Source: Patescibacteria group bacterium
Lineage (GTDB): Bacteria; Patescibacteriota; Microgenomatia; UBA1400; PJMF01
NCBI GenBank assembly: GCA_016861085.1
Contig: BOKR01000001.1
Span: 1,098,040 to 1,162,039 of the forward strand
Length of the DNA: 64,000 bases
Direction of reading: 5' to 3'
Below, piece after piece: positions 1 through 9,200 of this stretch; the first letter of the stretch is position 1, and each line of letters starts with the position of its first letter. Under the pieces are notes generated by a model that worked only from the letters and a program-made list of their open reading frames with translations, was not told where the DNA came from and did no database searches. A program made the translations under genes and the position numbers.

Positions 1-619
1 CATGCGATAAAGCAATAGTGACCATATTCATCCCCATTGCTTCATCGGTATCAAAAACAAAACGAATATACAGCAATTTATCTCGCATAAAAATCTCATG
101 AGAAAGAAATTGTAAATGGCTACTGGTTTCCTCACAAAACTTTGCAAAAACAGCATAATTTTGTGAAAAGTATTTTGAAAATGTAATGGCGTCTTCAATA
201 GATTGGCACTCAAACACAACAGATCTACTCATTCCAACTTTTTGCACAATGACTGTTGTTTTCCCTAAATCAAGAATTTTTAGACCTCTGTGAATTGAAG
301 CAACCAAAGCACCTTCTGTTGTAGCTAATGGGATAAGAAAAGTTTGGCTCTTTTTTTCAAGAATTGCCCCCTCATGGCTAACATAAGCAACTTTTGCAGT
401 GACTGGACCTGCAACTCCAACTGGTATTTCCACTGATCCAACAAGGTTTTCACAGTTTTTTTGCCCAGCTATATCAACAGGTAAACCAATCACAAAAAAA
501 TCTTCAAGCTCTTCTTTTTTTGTACTTGTCACAGAACACAGTAACTCCTGCCGAATTGCTACTTTTTGCTTTTCAGACGCGTCAATATCACGAATAAAAA
601 AAGATTTTTTCTGAGTCAC
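1..619 (-). CDS. HMG-CoA reductase (class I catalytic domain), partial; 3' end runs off the window start; provisional GTG start at 619
   Basis: Minus-strand translation gives CENLVGSVEIPVGVAGP, ATTEGALVAS and DAMGMNMV, the class I HMGR motifs. It is absent from the ORF track because the window holds no stop codon. An in-frame stop lies just upstream of the GTG. Confidence 0.75.
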   Translation of the reverse strand, partial: MTQKKSFFIRDIDASEKQKVAIRQELLCSVTSTKKEELEDFFVIGLPVDIAGQKNCENLVGSVEIPVGVAGPVTAKVAYVSHEGAILEKKSQTFLIPLATTEGALVASIHRGLKILDLGKTTVIVQKVGMSRSVVFECQSIEDAITFSKYFSQNYAVFAKFCEETSSHLQFLSHEIFMRDKLLYIRFVFDTDEAMGMNMVTIALSH

Positions 620-657
620 AACACATTAGTCGCAAAACAGAACAACTTTCATGCAGA

Positions 658-1332
658 TTATTTGTTTTTTTTGAGAATTTGCTTATACGCATCAAACAAT
701 ATTGGGTTTTTAAGCATAAAAATGGTCCACGGACTTATTTGAAATTCTTTTTCGCCAATTGTTACTAAAGCTGTTGGTGTCTTTTCCTGCAGCTCACCAC
801 CCTCTATCAGTAGTGAGTTTTCTGGAGAAATATACTCTAAAACTGAAATTTGGGCGAAAAGCTTTTCAAACTCTACCCATTGGTATTCACTGACTTCTTC
901 AGGATTTGGTTGTACCACACCTTCATATAAGCCGATATACACTTGGTCTAACTCATGTTCGCCATATTCCGCATTTCCATACGCTTTGTACCCAAATTTA
1001 TATACTGGGATTAGTTGAACACCGTTTACTATGCCCAACTCAACCTTAAGTCTTCTTACTGCGCAATCAAAATATGTTTCTGTTGGCCAAACGTTTCCAC
1101 ATACGCTGTTAGCCCACCAATCGGCACCAACAATTTTCTTTTTACTTCTCTTTTGAAGTAGAGTCTGTCCTTTAGAATTAAACAACCACACTGAGATTGC
1201 TAAATGCATCTGAGACGGGTATTTATGCGCAATGTATTTATCTGCTCGCCCCACAACTGTGCCATCAAAACTACATAAAGAAACCTCGTCTTTATCTATC
1301 AGTAATTGTCGTATAGTTTTGTTGTCATCCAT
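658..1332 (-). CDS. idi: Isopentenyl-diphosphate delta-isomerase type 1 (Nudix fold) with a C-terminal extension
   Basis: HLAISVWLFN...WWANSVCGNVWP...AVRRLKVELGI...EEVSEYQWV match the IDI-1 motifs (HRAFSVFLFN / WTNTCCSHP / Nudix box). It lies directly upstream of HMGR on the same strand. Confidence 0.65.
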   Translation of the reverse strand: MDDNKTIRQLLIDKDEVSLCSFDGTVVGRADKYIAHKYPSQMHLAISVWLFNSKGQTLLQKRSKKKIVGADWWANSVCGNVWPTETYFDCAVRRLKVELGIVNGVQLIPVYKFGYKAYGNAEYGEHELDQVYIGLYEGVVQPNPEEVSEYQWVEFEKLFAQISVLEYISPENSLLIEGGELQEKTPTALVTIGEKEFQISPWTIFMLKNPILFDAYKQILKKNK

Positions 1333-1337
1333 ATCAC

Positions 1338-1676
1338 TTATCTTCTAAATACTAGAGTGAATCTAATTAATAAATACAATAATAACACCTGCCAGTAAAT
1401 ACAAAAGAACGTCACCATATTTGAAAAAAATGAAATCCAACTGCAGGCAAAAAAGCCAGTTTGGGCGCAACTAAATACAATCTGCACTGTCGGCACGAAA
1501 ACAAGTTTCCAAAAAATTGTCAAGAAACTAAGAAACAAACTAGGAAGTAATGCCATCCAAATAAAAATGTTCTGCCTCACTAAAGATTGCATTGTTTGGT
1601 ATGGGTGTAGTAACAAGCCTGTCGTTATTTGACCAAGTGAATAAATGAATGAAAATAGTATCCGTCTGAACTTCAT
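1338..1676 (-). CDS. small polytopic membrane protein, function unknown
   Basis: 112 aa, almost entirely hydrophobic helices. Tightly packed between the anti-sigma candidate and idi. Confidence 0.4.
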   Translation of the reverse strand: MKFRRILFSFIYSLGQITTGLLLHPYQTMQSLVRQNIFIWMALLPSLFLSFLTIFWKLVFVPTVQIVFSCAQTGFFACSWISFFSNMVTFFCIYWQVLLLYLLIRFTLVFRR

Positions 1677-1876
1677 ACTCTTTTTACCAGTTCGACAATA
1701 ATTGCTGAGAGTACAGATAAAACACTCAAGACAACAAATGTATGTTCGCCAATAAATGAGGTAAGTGGGTCGAACGGCTGAGGAATAATTCTTGAGCTAT
1801 ACAATTTTTGCTGCTGTTTAGCTTCGTTTTGTAATTGTTTCAAAAAATCATTAGTCATACTCAAACCATTACCCAC
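1673..1876 (-). CDS. small single-pass membrane protein, candidate anti-sigma factor
   Basis: 67 aa with a C-terminal TM helix. Overlaps the 3' end of the ECF sigma gene by 16 nt (translational coupling). Confidence 0.3.
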   Translation of the reverse strand: MGNGLSMTNDFLKQLQNEAKQQQKLYSSRIIPQPFDPLTSFIGEHTFVVLSVLSVLSAIIVELVKRV

Positions 1877-2385
1877 AATTCTTTAAATTCTTTTCTCGCT
1901 CGAAACAGATCTGATTCTACTGATTTAACACTTTTTTGTAATTCTATTGCTATATCGATCACTTTTTTATTATCAGCATACTTTAAGAGGAGAAGCTCGC
2001 TATAGTACTTTCTCATTTTCGATAAGACAACAGTGACCTTTTGCGAAACCTCATCACTATCAGAAATTTGATTTAATGGAAGCAACTCTGATAAAGGAAT
2101 TGTTTGCAAGGCTTTTTTAGCATACTTTTTTCTAAAATAATCTGCTACCTCATGACGAGCAATTGAATTCATCCACGTCCAAATACTAGATTTGCCTAAA
2201 AACAGAGGTAAATGCTTTAGACAGTTCAAAAAAGTCTGCTGAACAATCTCTTCAGCATCTTTTCTATTTGAAACTTTATACTCAATAACTCTCAGTAACC
2301 GAGCGGAATAGGTATTAAACCAGACTTTAACTGCGTGTTCACTACCAGTTTTTAATTCTTTAATAAGTTGTTGTTCATCTAGCAT
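1861..2385 (-). CDS. RNA polymerase sigma-70 family, ECF subfamily sigma factor
   Basis: Region 2 (AEEIVQQTFLNCLKHL...WTWMNSIARHEVADYFRKK) and a region 4 HTH (YSELLLLKYADNKKVIDIAIELQKSVKSVESDLFRARKEFKE). Confidence 0.8.
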   Translation of the reverse strand: MLDEQQLIKELKTGSEHAVKVWFNTYSARLLRVIEYKVSNRKDAEEIVQQTFLNCLKHLPLFLGKSSIWTWMNSIARHEVADYFRKKYAKKALQTIPLSELLPLNQISDSDEVSQKVTVVLSKMRKYYSELLLLKYADNKKVIDIAIELQKSVKSVESDLFRARKEFKELWVMV

Positions 2386-2474
2386 TCCTCACTATTGTAC
2401 AACAAATTATTGGTTCCCAGGGAAACTTACATACTTTTCATCAAGTATCGCCTACTATATAATAGTACTACCTT

Positions 2475-2855
2475 ATGTTTTTTGGATTAGTACCAACCGC
2501 TTATGCTCAGGCTGAAGTTAATGAAAGTCCCTGTGGCGCCGGCACTGGAGGTATTGATCTCGGAAACTGTCTGCGACTCTCAGATAGCACTAAAGTCAGC
2601 GACGTATATGATACTCCCGCGTTCTTAGTCAATTTATTCGTAAGCAATATTTTTGTTATTGCAGGTATTGTCTTCTTTCTTATTGTCATTGTTGCAGGAT
2701 TTAAATTTATTATGGGCGGACAAAAAGGCGCTGAAGACGCAAAAGGTATCTTCCAGGCAGCATTAACTGGTTTTATCATCATGTTTGCAGCATATTGGAT
2801 TATTCAAATTGTCGCCTTGTTGACCGGCATACAAATACCTGGAGTAAGCGAATAA
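2475..2855 (+). CDS. TrbC/VirB2-like T4SS pilin paralog P1 (short 12-aa leader ending YAQ, then 2 TM helices)
   Basis: Architecture is leader-AQ / TM1 / short loop / TM2. It is paralogous to seven downstream genes. An in-frame TAG lies immediately upstream of the ATG, so the short leader is real. Confidence 0.5.
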   Translation: MFFGLVPTAYAQAEVNESPCGAGTGGIDLGNCLRLSDSTKVSDVYDTPAFLVNLFVSNIFVIAGIVFFLIVIVAGFKFIMGGQKGAEDAKGIFQAALTGFIIMFAAYWIIQIVALLTGIQIPGVSE

Positions 2856-2856
2856 T

Positions 2857-3240
2857 ATGTCACTCTTTTCTTTCCCTAAAGTCTATGCTCAAACACCAGA
2901 AGAATTGGTTGGAGACATTGCAATCCCAAAGGGTGTTGACCTCATTAATCAAGACGCAGGTGGCATTGGGGTTGTTTTATTCATCTCTAATATGATCCGA
3001 CTTATTATTATTCTAGGAGGAGTGTGGGCACTTTTGAATATTATTCTTGCTGCATTTGCGTACCTTACTGGGGGCGGAAAACCAGACACACATAGTAAAG
3101 TCAGTAGTCGGTTCACCATGAGTGTTATTGGCTTGTTATTAATGATTGTTTCATACAGTATTGCAGCACTCATCGGTTTACTATTCTACGGAGAAGCATC
3201 ATATATCCTTACACCAACAATAACACCAATTGGTGGATAA
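2857..3240 (+). CDS. TrbC/VirB2-like pilin paralog P2 (short leader MSLFSFPKVYAQ)
   Basis: Loop motif FAYLTGGGKPDTHSKVSSRF between two TM helices. C-terminal tail ILTPTITPIGG. Starts 1 nt after the P1 stop. Confidence 0.5.
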   Translation: MSLFSFPKVYAQTPEELVGDIAIPKGVDLINQDAGGIGVVLFISNMIRLIIILGGVWALLNIILAAFAYLTGGGKPDTHSKVSSRFTMSVIGLLLMIVSYSIAALIGLLFYGEASYILTPTITPIGG

Positions 3241-3245
3241 CAGAT

Positions 3246-3827
3246 ATGAAAGTATTTTTAATAAAAGCAATCAGACAGATCATCTTAAGTATTTTTACTG
3301 TGTTAATTTTTGCAGGTGTACTATTTTCCCCTCAGCTTTCTATTACAAAACAAACTTTTGCAGCAGACGGGTGTGCATATGCAGGACACTGCATAAATAA
3401 CAAAAAATGTGTTTGCCCTATCCCTGGTTATTATGACTGCAGATATAGTCCCCAAGCTTTGGTTTTAGGTGAAGAGCCTTGCGGTTCTGCAATTATTGGT
3501 GGTGTTGAACCTCCAGCTGCAGTTGGAGCTATCAATGCTGCATCAGGTGGTGACATTGGTTTGATTTTTTTCATTTCTCGAGCAATTGGTTTTGCTAATA
3601 TTGTTGCAGGAATTCTAGTAATGATTAACTTTGTTGTCGCAGGATTTTTGTATGTGACTGGGGCCGGTAACCCTAGCAATATGGCTAAGATTAATGAACG
3701 GATGCTCTGGAGTTTTGTTGGTATATTAATAATAGTTGGTTCTTATTCTCTGGCTGCCTTGTTTGGCTTAATATTTTATGGAGATCCGACTTTTATCATT
3801 ACTCCAACATTAACAGGAGCAGTTTAA
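3246..3827 (+). CDS. TrbC/VirB2-like pilin paralog P3 with a Cys-rich N-terminal insert
   Basis: Full signal/TM leader, a Cys-rich ~50-aa insert, then a conserved 2-TM core (FLYVTGAGNPSNMAKINERMLWSF) and the tail IITPTLTGAV. Confidence 0.5.
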   Translation: MKVFLIKAIRQIILSIFTVLIFAGVLFSPQLSITKQTFAADGCAYAGHCINNKKCVCPIPGYYDCRYSPQALVLGEEPCGSAIIGGVEPPAAVGAINAASGGDIGLIFFISRAIGFANIVAGILVMINFVVAGFLYVTGAGNPSNMAKINERMLWSFVGILIIVGSYSLAALFGLIFYGDPTFIITPTLTGAV

Positions 3828-3863
3828 TAAATACTTGGTATAATAAAGAAAAGAAAAGTCAGT

Positions 3864-4235
3864 ATGTTACTACCAACACTCATTGCACAACAATTTGGAA
3901 GTTTTAAACCAACCTCACCTCTCGTCGAGGGCGCTGAAGAAAATCCGGGAGCAAACTTAGAAGCAATTATTTCAAATGTACTTGGGGTTTTAACAATTGT
4001 TGGTGGAATTTTCTTCATTATTTATTTTATGGTGGCATCCTTTGAGTGGATTACAGCTGGCGGTGATGCTGGAAAACTTACTACTGCGCGAAATAAAATG
4101 ATGCAAGGAGTTTTAGGACTCATTGTATTGGTCGCAGCGTATGGAATTATTGGTCTTATTGGTAGCTTAGTTGGAATAGAGTTACTTAAACCAGCTGAAC
4201 TGCTTGAAAGTGTCACACCTGGTACGGGAACCTAA
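3864..4235 (+). CDS. TrbC/VirB2-like pilin paralog P4 (short leader MLLPTLIAQ)
   Basis: Core motif FEWITAGGDAGKLTTARNKMMQGVLGLIVL is shared with P5-P8. Confidence 0.5.
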   Translation: MLLPTLIAQQFGSFKPTSPLVEGAEENPGANLEAIISNVLGVLTIVGGIFFIIYFMVASFEWITAGGDAGKLTTARNKMMQGVLGLIVLVAAYGIIGLIGSLVGIELLKPAELLESVTPGTGT

Positions 4236-4237
4236 TT

Positions 4238-4660
4238 ATGAAATACCTTTCAAAAAAAATTACTACAGTTTTAACAGCACTTGGATTATTTTTATCAAAA
4301 ATTGTTTTCGTTCATGCCCAAATCAAAAATCCTGTAACAGGAGAACTAGGTGCAGATGCAGAAGAAGCTGCTTCAGGAGAAATTTTTGTGAGTTATTTTG
4401 TTACTTTATGGAATGCCTTCATTACCATTGGCGCAATAGCTGTTTTAATCATGTTCCTCTGGGGGGCACTTGAATGGATTACCGCCGGTGGTGAAGCCAG
4501 TAAAATTGAGAAAGCTCGTAATAGAATTATGCAGTCTTTCTTAGGTTTGCTCATTTTAGTTAGCTCATTTGTAATTATTGGTTTTGTCAGTCAATTATTC
4601 TTTGGTGAGGAATTTTCTATCCTTAACTTAACATTTACACAGGTTGGAGGTGAAGAATGA
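4238..4660 (+). CDS. TrbC/VirB2-like pilin paralog P5 (full signal peptide ...VHAQ)
   Basis: LEWITAGGEASKIEKARNRIMQSFLGLLIL core. Starts 2 nt after the P4 stop. Confidence 0.55.
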   Translation: MKYLSKKITTVLTALGLFLSKIVFVHAQIKNPVTGELGADAEEAASGEIFVSYFVTLWNAFITIGAIAVLIMFLWGALEWITAGGEASKIEKARNRIMQSFLGLLILVSSFVIIGFVSQLFFGEEFSILNLTFTQVGGEE

Positions 4661-5178
4661 AACAACTTTTTTTGACATTTTTACTTTTGCTTTCAATTGA
4701 AGTTGGTGTAGTAACACAAAAAGTACAACTCACTTCCACTGTTTATGCTCAAGAGCCAATTGAGCTCAACTTTGGAGATGTTGCCGATGAACGGGAGATT
4801 ATTGGTACAGATCTATACGAACCAGATGATGGTGAAGCTGGTTTTGGTGCGTTAATTGGTCGAATATTAACAATAGTAGTCACAATTGCTTCTATTATGG
4901 TGTTAATCATGTTCCTCTGGGGTGGTCTAGAATGGATTACTGCTGGTGGAGATAAAAGTAAAATTGAAAAAGCTCGTAATAGAATTACACAATCCTTTAT
5001 TGGAATGATTGTATTAGCTGCCATGCTTGCTTTGTTTATGCTTTTACAACTTTTCCTTGACTTTGAAGTATTTACCTTTGGTGGAGGTTCTTCTAACACA
5101 TCCACACCTCCAAGTGTTCCTGGAAATCCTAGCCAACCTGGCTGGCCTGGAGCTCCTGGAGGAAACATACCTTTATAG
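4657..5178 (+). CDS. TrbC/VirB2-like pilin paralog P6 with a C-terminal Pro/Gly-rich tail
   Basis: LEWITAGGDKSKIEKARNRITQSF core. ATGA overlap with P5. Tail is PPSVPGNPSQPGWPGAPGGNIPL. Confidence 0.55.
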   Translation: MKQLFLTFLLLLSIEVGVVTQKVQLTSTVYAQEPIELNFGDVADEREIIGTDLYEPDDGEAGFGALIGRILTIVVTIASIMVLIMFLWGGLEWITAGGDKSKIEKARNRITQSFIGMIVLAAMLALFMLLQLFLDFEVFTFGGGSSNTSTPPSVPGNPSQPGWPGAPGGNIPL

Positions 5179-5190
5179 TAAAAAGTAAAC

Positions 5191-5220
5191 TTGACGTTCT
5201 GTCTCAAGCACAGGTATAAT
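5191..5220 (+). promoter_or_regulatory. sigma70-like promoter (TTGACG-N18-TATAAT) for pilin paralog P7
   Basis: TTGACG at 5191-5196 and TATAAT at 5215-5220. The RBS AAAAGGA precedes the ATG at 5269. Confidence 0.55.
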
Positions 5221-5268
5221 TAGTAATAAGTAGTCAGTAATTAGCTGAAAAATAAAAAAGGAACACAT

Positions 5269-5637
5269 ATGAGAAACAAACTCAACGGTTTAGCTCTAAC
5301 AGCAGCCGCATTTGTAACATCAGCTCCAGCAGTATTTGCACAAATTCAAGTTGAAGAACCAGATTCATTCTTCTTTTCTGATATTGGTACACTGATTAAT
5401 AAAGCACTTAACTTTGTTATGGTACTTGGTGCTCTTTTGGTCTTCATGTACCTCATCTGGGGTGGAATTGAATGGATTACTTCTGGTGGTGACAAGGGTA
5501 AGACTGAGAGTGCTAGAAACAAGATTACCGCTGCAGTTCTTGGTTTGATCGTCCTTGCTGCATCTTGGGCAATTCTTGGCCTCGTCCTTAACTTCTTAGG
5601 CGCAGGTTCATTAAATGATGTCTTAGATAACATTTAA
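5269..5637 (+). CDS. TrbC/VirB2-like pilin paralog P7, monocistronic; candidate major expressed pilin
   Basis: Signal peptide ...VFAQ, core IEWITSGGDKGKTESARNKITAAVLGLIVL. It has its own promoter, a strong RBS and an intrinsic terminator. Confidence 0.6.
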   Translation: MRNKLNGLALTAAAFVTSAPAVFAQIQVEEPDSFFFSDIGTLINKALNFVMVLGALLVFMYLIWGGIEWITSGGDKGKTESARNKITAAVLGLIVLAASWAILGLVLNFLGAGSLNDVLDNI

Positions 5638-5658
5638 TACAGATTAGTTTTTTGAAAA

Positions 5659-5687
5659 GCCCCTCATTTATGTGAGGGGCTTTTTTA
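5659..5687 (+). terminator. Rho-independent terminator after P7
   Basis: GCCCCTCA-tttatg-TGAGGGGC followed by TTTTTT. Confidence 0.8.
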
Positions 5688-5752
5688 TTGATTTGTTAAA
5701 GGGGTGTGCTCCTTCGTCACTCCTAAAAAATCAATGTTATAATTAATTCATC

Positions 5753-6190
5753 ATGACTGGAAAAAACTATTTCTCTAAACTTGAAAAAATTTTTATTGCT
5801 GGTGTTGCTTACTTATATTCAACTTCAACAGCATTTGCTCAAACTACTGCCTGGTCTGGTGTGTGTGTAGGTGGAGTTGATAATGACGTTGCAACTATCC
5901 AAGGTCTTGAGTGTTTGATTGCAAATGTTTTCACCGTCATAATTACATTAATTGGTTTAGCAGCATTTGTGATGCTTATTGTAGGGTCTGTGCGCTGGTT
6001 AGTCTCTGGAGGTAATTCCTCTAATATAGATAAAGCCCGAAGCACTATGACCTATGCGGTGATTGGAATTGTTGTTGCACTTAGTGCATTTATTGTGCTC
6101 AATTTAATTGCTGGATTTACTGGTGTTGAAACAATCAAAACATTTACCATTCCTACTTCAGAAGATGTTGAACCACCTCCAAGTCCGTAA
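5753..6190 (+). CDS. TrbC/VirB2-like pilin paralog P8 (divergent)
   Basis: Signal ...TAFAQ, core VRWLVSGGNSSNIDKARSTMTYAVIGIVVAL, Pro-rich C-terminus. Confidence 0.5.
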   Translation: MTGKNYFSKLEKIFIAGVAYLYSTSTAFAQTTAWSGVCVGGVDNDVATIQGLECLIANVFTVIITLIGLAAFVMLIVGSVRWLVSGGNSSNIDKARSTMTYAVIGIVVALSAFIVLNLIAGFTGVETIKTFTIPTSEDVEPPPSP

Positions 6191-6244
6191 TTTTTGAATC
6201 AAAGTCAGCCTGTAAAATTATAGTTTGCAAGATATAATAGTGTT

Positions 6245-9200
6245 GTGCACAAAAAAGTACTGAGACTTCTGGTTCTACAGGTATTGTTTTTGTTGGTCTC
6301 ACTTGCAAAATTTGCAACACCAACCCATACTTTTGCGTCCGAGTTAATTGGTACTCACCTGGGTGAAGGTGATGTTGGGTATCAAGTCAACATCATCAAT
6401 ACAATCCTCATTCCTAATGGTTTAGAACCAGGAAGCCCAGTGACAGTCATGGTGCCTGTCACAATGCTACAGTCAAGCCAACAAGGATCAGTGCAACAAC
6501 TGGCAGCTGTTGTAGCTGGTGGTGGATTTTTTCCTATAGTTAGAATTAATGGAGTTTGTGAAGATTTTACTTCAGAAACAGGGCTAGATGCAGGGCAAGC
6601 AGTTGACCTTGCTCGAAATATTTTTGGTTCACAAGCATTGATTGTCTGGGGAAATGAAATTAATAATAAAGAAAACGAATGCCGCAATTGGTCAAAATAT
6701 GTAAGTGATTGGGCAAAAATTAGTGGGAAATCAAACGTCAGTCCAGCTGCTCTTGATTATTATATGGGACTGGATGCCTATAAAGTTTCTACTATGTTTG
6801 CCGAAACTCCTGGGATGGCAGCAATATTTAATACTGCACCAAGAGCTGCAAATGCGTACGGTTGTATTGGCCAAACAGCAGAAAGTTGCGAACCACTTGA
6901 AACAGTCACTCAACAAATTGGATATGAAGCTATTAATGGGACTCTCTTCCTTACAGAGTTTTCACTTTCTCCTGGAGGGAGTGCTCCAAATGCCCCAGAC
7001 ACCAATATTCAAAAAGTTTTAGAATTTATAGCGAGTAGAGCCGGTGAGACTCCCGCTGTAAAAGTCACCCCCCTTGTCAGGAATGTTTGTAACAATGAGA
7101 GTGACTGGTTACTTTACATTAATGGTAAATTATTTACTCCTCAAGGTACCGAAGTTTCTGAAAACTGCGAAGGAAGATCTGCAGACTCTAGTTATGATTT
7201 GAGCATTTATCCTGAGTATGATGTTGATGAAACCAAATTTTTCCTTTCCCCCATCAGAAACGTTATTGACTCAGGAAGCCTCCAGAGAACTACTGAAAAA
7301 TTAAGAAAAGAACTCGCACTACAAGGATATCAAGCATACTGTGCAACTGAGGGAGTTAAAATTGAACCTGAATATAACACTCAAGAAAAAATTAATCGGT
7401 ATTTTCTTCCAGAAAATTATAAAGGAGTTCAAATACTTGAGTTAGATGCAGTCGAAACCCTCAATATGACCAATGCTCAATACCCATTATGGAGAGATGT
7501 GAGTAACAAGCAATTTTTGCTTACCTCTCTTGAGGAATATTTTGGCTTTCGCGATGTGTACGTTTCCAACCCAGCCGATGCAGTACTAAACAGTTCCCCT
7601 ATCAACTCACTTCTTTCTGAGCCACAACTTTGTATGCAAGGGTGGAGAAATTTAGTAGCCCAAGAACTAGCTTGTGAGAGATTACAAAACCCTGGTGAAT
7701 GCGAACTTTTTACCAGACCAATCCCCAACTCGGCAATACCATACAATCCAGGTGTTGGCCCAGAGCTGTCACAGCAACAACAAAATATAGCTCCTCTTCC
7801 AACTGAAACGGAATTTACAGTCAAAACCTTACTTGATAAGTTAAAAGAATATGAGCCTGCATATAGAGATGGTACTGCAAAAGTTGGCTGTGAAGCCCTG
7901 ACGACAACTGATAGAGCCAGCAATGAGGCACTTTTACAAGGCCTTATGAACACCCCAACATATTTTGACAGAGCCTACAGATACGGATTTCTTGTTGCAG
8001 CAATCCATGCTAAAGATCCTGGCACAGATGAAGGTAATATTGCTACAAAACTATTTAATTTCTTCACCAAGAGAACTAGAACTCTTACTCCAGATGACGA
8101 AGTCTTGGTAGCCGCCTTTAAAATCCCAGATATTGGAACAAATAAAGGTGGTGGAGATGATACCGGTTCTCAATTTTGGTCTGATCCACTTGATTTAACT
8201 AGACAATTACTATTTAAAAACAAAGATAATAAAACCCATGAAGATGTAGATAGACCAAATAAGAGACAAACTATATTAGACCGAGCTGTTGGAGCAGCAA
8301 CACAAAATTCGGGAAGTAAAATTTATTGTGTGGATGGAAATAAAGCAACGGTCTCTTGTCAGAATGAGTTAACAAAAGCATTAACAGATATTATTAACGG
8401 AAATGTAGAAGGTTGTGGTGAGGCTGAAGCTGTAAACGTGATAAAAGACCTTGCTGGACTTGATAATCCTGCAGAGAAATATGGGAAAGCATTTAATAGC
8501 GATAATGGTCAACAAGTTATGCTTAACTTATTCTTTAAAGACCTTACTCACCCACCTCTTGGGGGCAATGGCCAAACAAATCCACAAATAGCAAAGACTG
8601 ATGATCCTGCGGAAAAATTACAATCATTATTTACTATTTCTGAAGATACCTGGCCTCCTGCAGTTGATTCAACTACTGTAGACTTTTATATTGTGTATCC
8701 AATGGGTTTCGAGCTTGATGCAGTTGAAAAAGCAATGAAGAGTGCGTTCTTTACCAAGGCTCAATTAGCCGCTTTAGAGACTGGGAATACTGTGGGAGGG
8801 TTTGAAATGACTGGACAAGCAATTGGTCTTGATGCTGGGTCTGTAGGTTTTAATTATGTTGACGAAATAAAGACGGCAAATGGAGAATGCGGTACTGAAG
8901 TAGCTACTTCAGGTGCTGTTACAAACAAACCTTGCGAAGAAGAGGTCACTATTGGGGTTAAACAGGAAAGTGCTGGAGTTGGAATACTTGGTGCTGAATT
9001 GGGATATTGGATGAGAAAAATTCAACTTCAACTCAACTCTCGCGCCTCAGAAGCATGGGCATACTTTGATTCGTGTAAAACAACAGAAGAATTTTTGCTA
9101 GGTCAATGTACTGGTGGAAATATAACTGGAAATGAAGGCGATGATGCACCACCAGTTACTGGTGATGCACTGGAGTCAGTTGCTCAATGTGATGGTGGAC

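Noticed and set aside
28-614. ORF-track entries 28..219 (-) and 399..614 (+)
   Set aside because: Both overlap the minus-strand HMG-CoA reductase reading frame, which has strong conserved motifs. They have no features of real genes.
2507-6045. Antisense ORFs inside the pilin array (e.g. 2507..2782-, 2949..3173-, 3431..3679-, 4022..4216-, 4749..5207-, 5346..5633-, 5839..6045-)
   Set aside because: All lie opposite well-supported paralogous CDSs and have Pro/Ala/Ser-rich antisense-type composition. They are spurious.
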